Shown one piece after another: positions 23,830 to 36,577 of a stretch of DNA of 52,691 nt; position 1 is the stretch's first letter; the number at the start of each line of letters is the position of its first letter. The notes below the pieces were generated by a model, which did no database searches, was not told the DNA's origin, and was given only the letters and a program-made list of their open reading frames with translations. The DNA comes from Chiloscyllium plagiosum (Eukaryota). The DNA is taken from assembly GCF_004010195.1 (NCBI RefSeq), contig NC_057718.1:21309612-21362302 (forward strand), given 5' to 3'. The translations under genes were made by a program, and so were the position numbers.

Positions 23830-26800
23830 TAGTTATAGGAGACTGTATAGTTAGAGGAACAGACAGGCGGTTCTGTGAACATGGGCGAGACTCTCGGTTG
23901 GTTTGTTGCCTCCTGGGTGCCAGGGTCTGAGACGTCTCGGACCGTTCTTCAGAATCCTTAAGGGGGAGGGTGTGCAGCCAGAAGTCGTGGTGCACATTGG
24001 CACCAACGACATAGGTAGGAAGAGGGGTGGGGAGGTCATTCAGGAGCTCAGGGAGTTAGGCTGGAAGCTAAAAGCTAGGACGGACAGAGTCGTCATCTCT
24101 GGGTTGTTGCCGGTGCCACGTGACAGTGAGGCAAGGAATAGGGAAAGAGTGCAGTTGAACACATGGCTGCAAGGATGGTGTAGGAGGGAGGGCTTCAGGT
24201 ATTTGCTGGGGAAGATGGGACCTGTACAAGCAGGACGGGNNNNNNNNNNNNNNNNNNNNNNNNNNNNNNNNNNNNNNNNNNNNNNNNNNNNNNNNNNNNN
24301 NNNNNNNNNNNNNNNNNNNNNNNNNNNNNNNNNNNNNNNNNNNNNNNNNNNNNNNNNNNNNNNNNNNNNNNNNNNNNNNNNNNNNNNNNNNNNNNNNNNN
24401 NNNNNNNNNNNNNNNNNNNNNNNNNNNNNNNNNNNNNNNNNNNNNNNNNNNNNNNNNNNNNNNNNNNNNNNNNCAATAGCAGCAGAGATGTGGTGAAGCA
24501 GATTGGGAAACAGATTTTGGAAAGGTGCAGAAGCCACAGGGTAGTAGTCATGGGTGATTTCAACTTCCCAAATATTGATTGGAAGCTCTTTAGATCAAGT
24601 AGATTGGACGGGGCGGTGTTTATGCAGTGTGTCCAGGAAGCTTTTCTAACTCAGTATCTAGGGTGTCCGACCAGAGGGGAGGCCATATTGGATTTGGTAC
24701 TAGGTAACGAACCAGGACAAGTGATGGGCTTGTTAGTGGGTGAGCATTTTGGTGATGGTGACCACAATTCTGTGAATTTCACCTTGGTTATGGAGAGAGA
24801 TAGGTGCGTGCAACAGGGTAGGTTTTACAATTGGGGGAAGGGTAAATACGATGCTGCAAGACAGGATCAGAGGAGAATAAGTTGGGAGCATAGGCTGTCA
24901 GGGAAGGATGTCGTTGAAATGTGAAACGTTTTCAAGGAACAGATACGACGTGTCCTTGATATGTATGTACCTGTCAGGCAGGAAAGAAATGGTCATGAGG
25001 GAACCTTGGTTGGCGAGGGAGGTTGAATGTCTAGTAAAGAGGAAGGAGGCGGCTTATGTAAGGTTGAGGAAACAAGGTTCAGACAGAGCGTTGGAGGGAA
25101 ACAGGAGAGACAGGAGGGACCTGAAGAAAGGGATTATGAGAGCTAAGAGAGGGCATGAAAAATCTTTGGCGGGTAGGATCAAGGATAACCCCAAGGCCTT
25201 TTATGCGTATGTGAGAAACATGAGAATGACAAGAACGAGGGTAGGTCCGATCAAGGACAGTAGTGGGAGACTGTGTATTGAGTCGGAAGAGATAGGAGAG
25301 TTCTTGAATTAGTACTTTTCTTCAGTATTTACAAATGAGAGGGACCGTATTGTTGAAGAGGAGAGTACGAAAGGGACTGGTAAGCTAGAGGAGATACTTG
25401 TTAGGAAGGAAGATGTGTTGGGCATTTTGAAAAACTTGAGGATAGACAAGTCCCCCCGGCCTGACGAGATATATCCTAGGATTGTGCCCCTGTTCAAAAA
25501 GGGGAATAGGGATAACCCCGGGAATTACAGGCCAGTTAGTCTTACTTCGGTGGTAGGCAAAGTAATGGAAAGGGTACTGAGGGATAGGATTTATGAGTAT
25601 CTGGAAAGACACTGCTTGATTAGGGACAGCCAGCACGGATTTGTGAGGAGTAGGTCTTGCCTTACAAATCTTATTGAATTCTTTGAGGAGGTGACCAAGC
25701 ATGTGGATGAGGGTAGAGCAGTGGATGTAGAGTACATGGATTTTAGTAAGGTATTTGATAAGGTTCCCCATGGTAGATTTATGCAGAAAGTCAGGAGGCA
25801 TGGGATAGTGGGAAATTTGGCCAGTTGGATAGAGAACTGGCTAACCGGTCAGAGTTAGAGAGTGGTGGTAGATGGTAAATATTCAGCCTGGAGCCCAGTT
25901 ACAAGTGGAGTTCCGCAGGGATCAGTTCTGGGTCCTCTGCTGTTTGTAATTTTATTAATGACTTGGAAGAGGGAGTCGAAGGGTGGGTCAGTAAATTTGC
26001 AGACGATACGAAGATTGGTGGAGTTGTGGATAGTGAGGAGGGCTGTTGTCGGCTGCAAAGGGACTTGGATACGATGCAGAGCTGGGCTGAGGAGTGGCAG
26101 ATGGAGTTCAACCCTGTCAAGTGTGAGGTTGTCCATTTTGGAAAGACAAATAAGAATGTGGAATACAGGGTTCTTAGTAATGTGGAGGAGCAGAGGGATC
26201 TTGGGGTCTATGTCGATAGCTCTTTGAAAATTGCCACTCAGGTGGATAGAGCTTGTAAGAAGGACTATGGTGTATTAGCATTCATTAGCAGAGGGATTGA
26301 ATTCAAGAGTCGTGAGGTGACGTTGCAGCTGTACAGGACCTTGGTTAGGCCACATTTGGAGTACTGTGTGCAGTTCTGGTCGCCTCACTTTAGCAATGAT
26401 GTGGAAGCTTTGGAGAGGGTGCAGAGATTTACCAGGACGTTGCCTGGAATGGAGAATAGGTCGTACGAGGATAGGTTGAGAGTGCTAGGCCTTTTCTCAT
26501 TGGAACGGCGAAGGATGAAGGGTGACTTGATAGAGGTTTATAAGATGATCAGGGGAATGGATAGAGGAGACAGTCAGAGACTTTTTCCCCGGGTACAACA
26601 GTGTTACAAGGGGACATAAATTTAAGGTGAAGGGTGGAAGGTATAGGGGGTATGTCAGGGGTAGGTTATTTACCCAGAGAGTGGTGGGGGCATGGGATGG
26701 GCTGCCTATGGGAGTGGCAGAGTCAGAATCATTGGTGACCTTTAAGCGGCAATTGGATAGGTACATGGATAGGTGCTTAAGCTAGGACAAATGTTCGGCA

Positions 26801-26850
26801 CAACATCGTGGGCCGAAGGGCCTGTTCTGTGCTGTATTGTTCTATGTTCT
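23830..26850 (+). mobile_element. CR1 LINE, near full length from the ORF1 esterase onward, disrupted
   Basis: ORF1 SGNH-esterase motifs VIGDCIVRG and VVHIGTNDI. ORF2 MGDFNFPNIDW, PTRGEAILDLVL, NYRPVSLTS, SGVPQGSVLGP and KFADDTK. Tail ttctatgttct. TSD atcattc at 23823-23829 and 26851-26857. Confidence 0.97.
24240..24473. other. Assembly gap (234 N)
   Basis: Run of N inside the CR1. Confidence 1.
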
Positions 26851-27520
26851 ATCATTCCTTGACATTCAATGGTATAGCCATCACTGAATCTCCCATTGGC
26901 CACACACTATGAGTTAGCATTGACCGGAAACTGAAGTGGACAAGCCATATAAATACTGTGGCTACAGGAGCAGGTCAAAGGCTAGGAATCCTGCTGGGAA
27001 TAGCTGACCACCTGACTCCTCAAAGCCTATCCACCATCTGCAAGGCACAAGAAAGAGATATGATGGAATACACGCTACTTACCGAGGTAAGTGCAGTTCC
27101 AACACTCAAAACTGATGGCGTCCAGGGCAAAACATGCTACATTCACTAACATTCACTCTGTCCATCACCAATGCTCAGTAGCAGCAGTGTGTGCCATCTA
27201 CAAGGTGCACTGTAACAATTCACTAAGCTCCAAAGACAGCATCTTCCAAGTCTACAACAATTCCCATGAAGTGCGAAGGCGGCAAATACATGGAAATGCC
27301 ACTACCTGCGGGTTCCTTCCAAACTGCTCACCATTCTGACAGAGACATATATTCCTGGGTCAAAAGCCTGGAACTTTCTCCCTAACGGCATCATGGGTGT
27401 ACCTACACCAAATGGTTTGCAGCTGTTCAAAAAGATGGTTAATCATCACCATCTCACAGACAACTCGGGATGGGCAACAAATGCTAGCCCAGCCAGTGAT
27501 GCCCATATCCAATAGGTAAA
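26851..27520 (+). mobile_element. Old CR1/L2-group LINE, 3' part
   Basis: Continues 23160-23829 across the TSD and ends gggatgggcaacaaatgctagcccagccagtgatgcccatatcc. Confidence 0.85.
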
Positions 27521-27924
27521 TTTTAAAAATTTCCTAAATAGTCTTCTGCCCTCGAACTCTTAGTTGTTAATGCATAGATAAAGGTGACCAGCAAATACAC
27601 AATTAATGGGATACTTTCAACAACAGTATCCTTACTTTTATTTCAGTGTTTCCCTCCCTATCCATCAGCATTTCAGGCAGCTAAAAACCAATACCTGGTT
27701 GTGTCATTCTTATTAATGGTTAAGTTACAAAATAGATGAAGCATCCCACATTATTTATTCATAAGATCTACTGCTGCTATAAGATACATGAAATGTTATA
27801 ACAAATTAGATTACAGATTTCACAATTTTATACATTTAACCAAACACTGCATTAGCAAAATAAAAGCACTAAGCTTTGGTTCCTTGATTAAACTCACCTT
27901 AAATTCCAAAGGCCTGTTTGCTCA

Positions 27925-28010
27925 AATGCAACATGGGAGCACAAGAATCTAGGCTGACACCTTAATGTGATACTAAAAGAGAACCACATCTTTAGAGGTG
28001 CTATTTCTTC
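27925..28010 (+). mobile_element. Decayed DeuSINE-like fragment
   Basis: gagcacaagaatctaggctgacac...agaggtgctatttc resembles the 5' body of Deu-domain SINEs (recognised from memory). Confidence 0.45.
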
Positions 28011-28272
28011 CCAAAAGGACAAAGAAAAAACAAACCCATAGCAAGATTGTCATGATATTAAAATTCAGACTATTGATTTTTAAAACTTAAATCAACGAGC
28101 TTAGAAAGCCAAAGATGGGGGACTTCAAAATGCACAAAAATCACCTTATCTAAAAAATAGCTATGTTCACAGAAATTTATAAAATAATTTCCAAATTTCC
28201 AATCCTGAAAAAACTATTCAACAGACAATTACCTAGACATTGAAATCCATCATGTGGAACATAAAGCTCAAA

Positions 28273-28329
28273 ATGAGACCTTCTAATGTCTCTGGGGATG
28301 AGACCTTCTAATGTCTCTGGGGATGAGAC
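28273..28329 (+). repeat. 25-bp perfect tandem duplication (2.3 units)
   Basis: atgagaccttctaatgtctctgggg twice, then atgagac. Confidence 0.95.
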
Positions 28330-28869
28330 TTCTCAACCACAGTTATTGCTGGCATTAATTTCAAGAGTAACAATGTAAAGAGGATTATTGAAACCTCTTG
28401 CAAATCCCCCCATCTAAAAGTAGGTAAGACAGTTAAGAAAACAATAGAACATAGAAGTTTATAATAGTATCCTGAATAGGTTTTAGAAGTGATGCCTGTT
28501 TCTGTCAAAGCAATCAACCATGAAAGAAAAATTCACTGTGATAAATGCACAAAGGCCAAATGTTTGACAACACTTCTTTTCCTATTATTTTCCTCAGGTT
28601 TAACAGTTAACAAGTTTGCTTCTTGAATTTAAAAAAACTTGATTTTCTTCTTAATAGTCAAAGGAAAACATAATTAGCTACATTTTTAATAGGAGGAAGA
28701 TATAGCCTCATGAAAATAAAATTCAACCTGTGACCAACTGAGGAGACAAAAGAGAGGAGCCCACATCATCACTTCTCAGCTGTTCAAAAAAAAAATCTAG
28801 AAAGTTTTCTGTTTCTCAAAGATAAATATTGGTTCAGCCAATCATGACTGCCCAAAATCAGGTTAATCG

Positions 28870-29020
28870 GTCTTGCCTTGCTGTGCAATACGTGCTGCTC
28901 TGGTTCTCAGAAAGCAACACAGTCATTAACATTTCATAACTACATTTGACAATTCATTTCTGTGAAGTCCTCTGGGATACTTAGAAGATGTCAATGGCAC
29001 TATACAAAAGAAAATTCTTT
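28870..29020 (+). mobile_element. Decayed DeuSINE/L2-type 3' tail
   Basis: ttgctgtgcaatacgtgctgc...ttcatttctgtgaagtcctctgggatac...ggcactatacaaaagaaaattcttt. Confidence 0.5.
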
Positions 29021-29767
29021 AAAGTGCAGAATATGTTTTTAAAAAAATCAAATCTGATGACTCTGATAGAAATCATGAAAATATTTTGCACACAATTAAC
29101 AAAGTGCATGAAATATACCAGATTTTGTATTGCATTGTTAAGAGTATAATGTGTTACTGAGGACAGTAGTTATTATTTTAAACTTAACACCATTGCTCAG
29201 AGTTTGCAAGTAGCATTAATCTGTTCAGAAAAGATCGCAAATGATATTAATTATAATTTTTCATCATTTTATTTCTTAAATAAGAGAATAATCAAGTACT
29301 CACTTGAGTTGAGAAATTTTAACCCAGGCAGAAATGACTATCCCTCGGAATAGATGGAAATTATATTAAAGAATACTTATGTACTCTAAGCTGCAGCCAC
29401 ATATGATATGGCAAACACAAGACACAAGTTGGAAAGTTGCTCTGATTCTCAACTGACCTGATCTAAGTTGATCTCGCCAAAATTTACTGCAGGAGTTCCT
29501 TTATTTAATTCTCTCATTCTTATCTGAAGCCATAAATCCATTTCCAATTACTTTCTACTTATGTGAGAGAAGCAAAAAACATTTTTATTGACAGAAACAT
29601 TAACAGCAGTCATTTCCTAATCAGAGGTTTTGATTCTAACTTGATCAAATTATTACATAGAATCCTGTTCACTAGAATCATTGAAATATTGGATCTATAT
29701 TCTTGACTATTTAATTCTTAAGGAGCACTTTCCAATTTCTATTCACCATATATCATGTGGGGGGAGG

Positions 29768-32470
29768 GGGGAGAAGAGTTTCAGATACACTCACAGAGAT
29801 GGGTTAACTCCAGGAAAGGTAGACAGGTCGTGCAGGAGTCTTCTGTGGCTATCCCCATTTCAAACAAGTATGCTGTTTTGGAAAATGTAGAGGGTGATGG
29901 ACACTCAGGGGTGCGTAGCACAAACGGCCATGTTTCTGGTATTGAGACTGACTCTAATGTAATGAGAGGTACATTGGGTTCCAAGTGATCAATTGTGTTA
30001 GGGGACTCTCTAGTCCGAGGTACAGACAGACGTTCCTGTGGCCAGTAGCAAAAAATCAAAATGGTGTGTTGCTTCCCTGGTGCCAGGATCAAGGATGTCT
30101 AAGACAGGGTGCAGAATGTTCTCAAGGGGGGAGAGGGACCAGTAGGAGGTCATTGTATACATTGAAACCAACGACATAGGAAAGAAAAAGGTTGAGATTC
30201 TGAAGAGAGATTACAGGAATTTAGGCAGGAATTTAAAAAGGAGGTCCTCAAGAGTAGCAATATCTGGATTACTCCCAGTGCTACGAGCTAGTGAGGGCAG
30301 GAATAGGAGGATACAGCAGATGAATGCATGGCTGAGGAACTGGTGTACGGGAGAAGAATTCACATTTTTGGATCACTGAAATCTCTTTTGAGGTAGAATT
30401 CACCTGTACAAGAAGGACAGATTGCACCTAAATTGGAAGGGGACTAATATACTGGCGGGAAAATTTGCTAGAGCTGCTTGGGAGGATTTAAACTAGTAAG
30501 TTTGGGGGGGGGGGAACCCCAGGGAGATAGTGAGCAAAGAGATCAATCTCACACTGGTACAGTTGAGAACAAAGGCGAGTCAAACAGTCAGGGCAGGCAG
30601 GGACAAAGCAGAGAACAAGGTAGGACTGATAAATTAAGCTGCATTTGTGGGCGGCACGGTGGCACAGTGGTTAGCACTGCTGCCTCACAGCGCCTGAGAC
30701 CCGGGTTCAATTCCCGCCTCAGGCGACTGACTGTGTGGAGTTTGCACGTTCTCCCCGTGTCTGCGTGGGTTTCCTCCGGGTGCTCCGGTTTCCTCCCACA
30801 GTCCAAAAGATGTGCAGGGTCAGGTGAATTGGCCATGCTAAATTGCCCGTAGTGTTAGGTAAGGGGTAAATGTAGGGGTATGGGTGGGTTTCGCTTCGGC
30901 GGGTCGGTGTAGACTTGTTGGGCCGAAGGGCCTGTTTCTACACTGTAATGTAATCTAATCTACTTCAATGCTAGAGGCCTAACAGAAGGTAGATGAGCTC
31001 AGGGCATGGTTAGGAACATGGGACTGGGATATCATTGCAATACAGAAACATGGCTCAGGGATGGACAGGATACAAATGCTACAGGAAGTACAGAAAGGGA
31101 GGCGAGAGGAGGGGGAGTGGCATTTTTGGTAAGGGATAGCATTACAGCTGTACTTAGGGAGGTTATTCCCGGAAATACATCCAGGGAAGTTATCTGGGTA
31201 GAACTGAGAAATAAGAAAGGGATGATCACCTTATTGGGATTGTATTATAGACCCCCTAACAGTCAGAGGGAAATTGAAAAACAAACTTGTAAGGGGACCT
31301 CAGTTATCTGTAAGAATAATAGGGTGGTTATGGTAGGGGATTTTAACTTTCCAAACATAGATTGAGACTGCCATAGTGTTAAAGGTTTAGATGGAGAGGA
31401 ATTTGTTAAATGTGTACAAGAAAATTTTCTGATTAAATATGTTGATGTACCTACCAGAGAAGGTGCAAAACTTGACTTACTCTTGGGAAATAAGGCAGGG
31501 CAGATGACTGAGGTGTCAGTGGGAAGGCACTTTGGAGCCAGTGACCATAATTCTATTCGTTTTAAAATAGTGATGGAAAAGGATAGACCAGATCTAAAAG
31601 CTGATGTTCGAAATTAGGGGAAGGCCAATTTTGACGGTATTAGGCAAGAACTTTCAAAAGTTGATTGGGGCCAGGTGTTTGCAGATGAAGGGACGGCTGG
31701 AAAATGGGAAGCCTTCAGAAATAAGATAACGAGAGTCCAGAGAAAGTATGTTCCTGTTAGGGTGAAAGGAAAGACTGGTAAGTAAAAGGAATGCTGGATG
31801 ACTAAAGAAATTGAGGGTTTGGTTAAGAAAAAGAATGAAGCATATGTAAGGTACAGACAGGATAGGTCAAGTGAATCCTTAAAAGAGTATAAAGGAAGTA
31901 GGAGTATACTTAAGAGGGAAATCAGGAGGGCAAAAAGGGAACATGAGATAGCTTTGGCAAATAGAGTTAAGGAGACTCCAAAGGGTTTTTACAAATACAT
32001 TAAGGAAAAAAGGGTAACTAGAGAGAGAATAGGGTCACTCAAAGACCAGCAAGGCAGCCTTTGTGAGGAGCCACAGGAGATGGCGCAGATACTGAACGAG
32101 TATTTTGCATCAATACTACTATGGAAAAGGATGTGGAAGATATAGAATGAAGGGAAATAGATGGTGACATCTTAAAACATGTCCATATTACAAAGGAGGA
32201 AGTGCTGGATATCTTGAAATGCATAAGAGTGGATAAATCCTCAGGACCTGATGAGGTGTACCCTAGAATTCTGTGGGAAGCTAGGGAAGTGATTGCTGGG
32301 CCTCTTGCTGAGATATTTGTATCATCAATAGTCACAGGTGAGGTGCCGGAAGACTGGAGCTTGGTTAACGTGGTGCCACTATTTAAGAAAGGTGGTAAGG
32401 ACAAGCCAGGGAACTATCGACCAGTGAGCCTGACATCGGTGGGGGGCAAGTAGTTGGAAGAAATCCTGAT
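29768..32470 (+). mobile_element. CR1 LINE: ORF1 (partial), ORF2 endonuclease and pre-RT region; 3' end missing
   Basis: IPISNKYAVL, GDSLVRG, ORF1 stop at 30494-30496, TETWL, GGGVAFLV, YYRPPN, VGDFNFPNID and NYRPVSLTS. Breaks off at about 32470. Confidence 0.95.
30649..30960 (+). mobile_element. HE1/V-SINE, young (CpG-rich)
   Basis: A box tggcacagtgg, B box ggttcaattcc and V-domain. The tail gggccgaagggcctgtt is shared with the CR1 3' end at about 26810. Confidence 0.97.
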
Positions 32471-32594
32471 CTTAGAGAGACCCTATTGTCTCCATAGTTA
32501 CCCTTTTGTCCTTAATGTATTTGTAAAAACCCTTTGGATTCTTCTTAATTTGCCAAAGCTATCTCATGTCCCCTTTTTGCCCTCCTGATTTCCC
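32471..32594 (-). mobile_element. CR1 ORF2 fragment of the opposing copy
   Basis: Diverged reverse complement of about 31915-32044 (REIRRAKR...KGFYKYIK). Confidence 0.9.
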
Positions 32595-32946
32595 CATTCC
32601 TCCCCACCACCCCCCTATCCGGGCAGCCGGACTGGACACCAATACGACTGCTGTTGCAGTTCCAAATAACATGTGCGTACGGACGGATGGACGGACACGT
32701 TTGCCCTGTACAAGGCAACGTTTGAGAGATTATTTAGGGAAGGGGTGGTAGGGTACACCCCTCTGTAGATCACCAGGAAAGTGTGGAGAGAGAGAGAGAT
32801 GGTGCTTGTTTAATCATTGTAAACAAAGGACGCGATCAGTATTGGAAACACGTCTTTGATGTAATGTTTCTATTGGGACCCCGAGCTTTCCTTCGGATAA
32901 TACAATTTTCGGATATTTGGTATTCAGATAATCAAGTTCCCCTGTA
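32595..32946. mobile_element. One end of a Tc1/mariner (Tigger/pogo-like) non-autonomous DNA transposon
   Basis: Ends ttcagataatcaagttcccctg-TA, with subterminal repeats ttcggata at 32892 and 32908. The opposite TIR is not seen. Confidence 0.6.
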
Positions 32947-34584
32947 ATTGCAGTTTAATTTATCAGTCTTACTTTGTTCTCTGCTTTGTCCCCACCTGCC
33001 CTGACTGTTTGACTCACGTCTGTTCTCAGCTGTACCAGTCACAGATTGATCTCCTTCCTCACCATATCCCTCTGTTCCACCCACACCCCTCCCTCCACCA
33101 CCTTACTAGTTTAAATCCTCCCGAGCAGCTCTAGCAAATCACAGGTCACTTCTACCCCAAAACAGCTTCCAATGATCCAAAACTGTGAATCCTTTTCCCA
33201 TACACCAGCTCCTCAGCCATGCATTCATCTGCTCTACCTATTCCTGCCCTCACTGGCTCGTAGCACCAGGAGTAATCCAGATATTGCTACTCTTGAGGAC
33301 CTCCTTTTTAAATTCCTGCCTAACTCTCTGTAATCTCCCTTCAGAATCTCAACCTTTTCCCTTCCCATGTTGTTGTTTCCAATGTGTACAATGACCTCCT
33401 GCTGACCCCTCTCCCCCTTGGAAACATTCTGCACCCTGTCCGAGACATCCTTGATCCTGGCACCAGGGAAGCAACACACCATTCTGATTTTTCACTGCTG
33501 GCCACAGGATCGTCTGTCTATACTTCGGACTAGAAAGTCTCCTAACACAATCGATCTCTCAGCACCAGTCATACCCCTCATTGCATTAGAGCCAGTCTCA
33601 ATACCAGAAACTTGGCTGTTTGTGCTACGTTCCCCTGAGAATCCATCATCCCTTACATTTCCAAAACAGCATACTTAATTGAAATGGGGATAGCCACAGA
33701 AGACTCCTGCACTACCTGCCTACCCCTCTTTCCTTTCCTAGAGTTAACCCATCTATGTGACTGTATCTGCGACTTTACCCCATTCCTATAACTGCCATCC
33801 ATCACATCCGCTTGTCCTTGTAAATTCCTCATTGCCTCTAACTGTCTCTTCAACCAATCCATTCGATCTGATTAGATTCGTAACCAACGGCATTTATTGC
33901 AGTTATAATCATCAGTAACACGTAAACGCTCTCTAAACTCCCACATCCGACAAGAAGAGCATATCATTCTACGAAAGACCATTTTTGCTTCTTTCAATCT
34001 ACAGACCCAGAAAATAGCACTGTCTTATTCCTCTACAAAACACTGCTCCAGGTTAAATTAATACCTATGGCTTATATTTTTAAGTTTAATCAAGAGACAT
34101 ATCTCAATATAACATATAATCAAGAAAGAACTCACTCTACTCACTACTGCAGACGTACTAAAATATTTACTTTGCTGTCTCTGTGACCTCTCCCAAACAG
34201 GTTCCTTAAAGATTAGTTGTGAATTTCACTGTTTGTTAATTTTCCCAGACGCACTCTGATGTCCAGCGATACATAAATTCAAACAGCAACAGCAGTACTG
34301 TGTAGGTTCACTGCTGTGTCAGTTAGCAGTGTGGGTTTCTTTCTCTCTCTCTCCCCTGCACTGACCTCACCATGTGCTTCCTTTGTCTGTTCCTTTCCCT
34401 TTTAAAAAGTGCTGTTGTTTTGACTCTTTTTTTTCTCACAAGTTCCAAAACAATGCAATAGCATATAAGACAGTAATTGCTGCTCCTGGAGGAAATCACC
34501 TCTCACATCTAAAACACCTCAAAAATAAAAAGGAGCAGCCTGTTATAGCCAGAAATTTTTCCTGTCCTCCATCTTGGATTACCC
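32947..34584 (-). mobile_element. CR1 LINE 5' part: 5'UTR, ORF1 and ORF1/ORF2 junction
   Basis: Minus strand starts gggtaatccaagatggagg. Homologous to 29768-30646, and its UTR is homologous to 40297-40559. Confidence 0.93.
33106..33982 (-). pseudogene. CR1 ORF1 (zinc finger, coiled coil, SGNH esterase), disrupted
   Basis: MVFRRMICSSCRMWEFRERLRVTDDYNCNKCRWLRI*SDRMDWLKRQLEAMRNLQ...CCFPGARIKDV...IVHIGNNN..., ending TTAAACTAG. Contains stops, frameshifts and a deletion. Confidence 0.88.
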
Positions 34585-34589
34585 ACTTA

Positions 34590-35051
34590 TACATTACGGT
34601 TGAAACACAAACAGAATTATTTGAAAACTCAACCGACTCAACACCGCAATTTAACTAAGGAGCTGTTCCAAATCCTGTAACATCCCATAAACACACCCCT
34701 TGGCAAAAGGTAAATTCAAACACAGGTACTTACAGGCAGGAGAGATTTCAGGCAAAGTTCAGGTAAGACCTCTGTTGAAGCATGGAACCACTTTTTACTG
34801 TAGCTGCTTCTCTGCTACCAGTAGCTTATGACTCCCTACTAAAAATTAAACCAAACTAGAAGAAAAAACCTGAACTGGGAGAACTGGCTACCCCCCTTTC
34901 ATTGTACTACTGCTTTTAAAATATCCTAAAAGCTTCCTCCAATTGTTGACAGAGGCAGTGCCTGCTACCCATTTCGCACTACTGAGTTTACAACCCCTCT
35001 TGAAAAAACCCAAGGACATCATAACCTTGTTAAAGGGGCAGAATCTTCATA
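34590..35051 (-). mobile_element. Partial LTR, related to 35925-36577
   Basis: Reverse complement contains ctttaacaagg...tgtccttgg and gtacaatgaaaggggggtagccagttctcccagttca, both shared with the next LTR. Truncated at the CR1 5' end. Confidence 0.6.
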
Positions 35052-35410
35052 AGAGGCATAGATAAGATCAATGATAAGAATATTTTCCCGAGGGTGGCAG
35101 AGTTCAAAATCAAGGGGCATATTTTTAAAGTGAGAAGAGAAATATTTTTTAAAAAGTTCATGAGAGGCAACTTTTTTTTATGCAGAGGGTGGTTAATGTG
35201 TGACATGAACTGCCAGAGAATGAAGTGGAGGATGCAGGTACAGTTACAAAATTTAAAAGACATTTAGGTAAGTTCATCAATCGGAAAGATTTGGAGAGAT
35301 ATGAACCAAGCACACAGACAAGTGGGACTAATTTAATTTGGGAACATGGTTAGCAATGGCTGGTTGGACCAAAGGGTCTGTTTCCATGCTGTATGCTCCG
35401 TGACTCTATC
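35052..35410 (+). mobile_element. CR1 3' end
   Basis: ttttcccgagggtgg...ttggaccaaagggtctgtttccatgctgtatgctccgtgactctat. Confidence 0.9.
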
Positions 35411-35924
35411 TGCAATATTTTTCTTTTGTAACAACTTACAAACTGTCCAAGATTTTAAAAAGCACTCCATATTGGGGGAAAAAAGCCAGGTTACAACTTG
35501 ATCTCCAATACATCAGCCCTCCTGAAGGATAAATGGAGTGCCAGCGAACAGTTGTAATTTCCTGATCTTATCTCGACTGTGCAAAAAGCCACATGATAGA
35601 AAGTAGAAAAAATTAAAAATTGGAATGGTGTGCCCACCAGGCTCCATGTAAATCAAAAATAACTTTGACAGTTTCCAGAGCAAATCACTAGTCTAATTTC
35701 TCAATTATAGATTCACTAAGCTGAGAAGGCATTTGCATGGCACAACCCAAATGCTATTGCAGATGAAAGCAGAAACTAAATAATTATCTTTTCAAACAAG
35801 TGGGAAAGAAGTAAAGTTTTATTTCTTGCCTCCATTTATTATGACTAGTTGACTAATTAATACAGACAATAAATTTTAAGGCACAAATTAAGACACTAAT
35901 AGAAAACTCATGGATTAAAACAGT

Positions 35925-36577
35925 TGAGACGATGGTCCACCTTTAACAAGATTATTGTCCTTGGCTCTTTTTTTAGAGAGGTAGTAAAAGACAAAGACTC
36001 CGAAAAGTCAAAGTTGAAGGGTTTTAGGACCAATGTGATCATAGCTAACAGATACTGCCTCAAGCAAAAGGCTTTTACGTCGTTTTTTTAAAAAAGACTT
36101 GTACAATGAAAGGGGAGTGGCCAGTTCTCCCAGCTCAGCTTTTCTCTGGTTTGCTTTGGTTTGAGCACGGTCGTGCTCTGAAGCTGCTGGACCCAAAGAA
36201 GCAGGTCCAAGCTGGTTTTCTCTCTCTCTCTCTCTCTTGGACTTCTCTCCTAAAAGACCCTGGGTTTGTTTTTACTTTTCGTGCCAAGGAGTCTTTATGG
36301 GGATTGTCGCAAGTATTTGGAACAATATCATGAAGTTGGGATGAACGGTTGGGCTTTTGGATAGATTACGTTATTCTGTCTTCTGTTCTCTTTTGTTGGT
36401 GTTTCATTCAGTAATCTTGTAAATAAATTCTGTTTTGTTTAAACAAAAAGGGTGGTTTGACCAGCTGCATCACTCCTGGAATATCTGCATTCCACCCCTG
36501 CTTAAAACAACTAGCAAAGTTAGGGTCTGAGCCACTTTATTGAAATGTTTTGAGGGAGTCTGGCCTGGTCCATAACA
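35925..36577 (+). mobile_element. Probable solo LTR (~650 bp)
   Basis: TG start (tgagacgat), AATAAA at about 36422, end ...ggtccataaca. No clean TSD. Shares blocks with 34590-35051. Confidence 0.6.

Noticed and set aside
19964..24563. Long ORFs running through N blocks
   Set aside because: Their lengths are inflated by assembly gaps. The real parts are PLE RT or CR1 ORF1.
25460..25500. Internal deletion in CR1 ORF2 (YPR|IVPLFKKG)
   Set aside because: Ordinary decay of a dead copy.
28273..28329. 25-bp direct repeats as a CRISPR-like array
   Set aside because: No spacers, 2.3 units and a vertebrate context. A simple tandem duplication.
30655..30725. tRNA-like A/B boxes
   Set aside because: These are SINE heads continuing into the V-domain, not tRNA genes.
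30478..30852. ORFs with HGGTVVSTAASQ or DCGRKPEHPEETH peptides (also at 7007, 21964, 44667)
   Set aside because: Translations of the SINE, not proteins.
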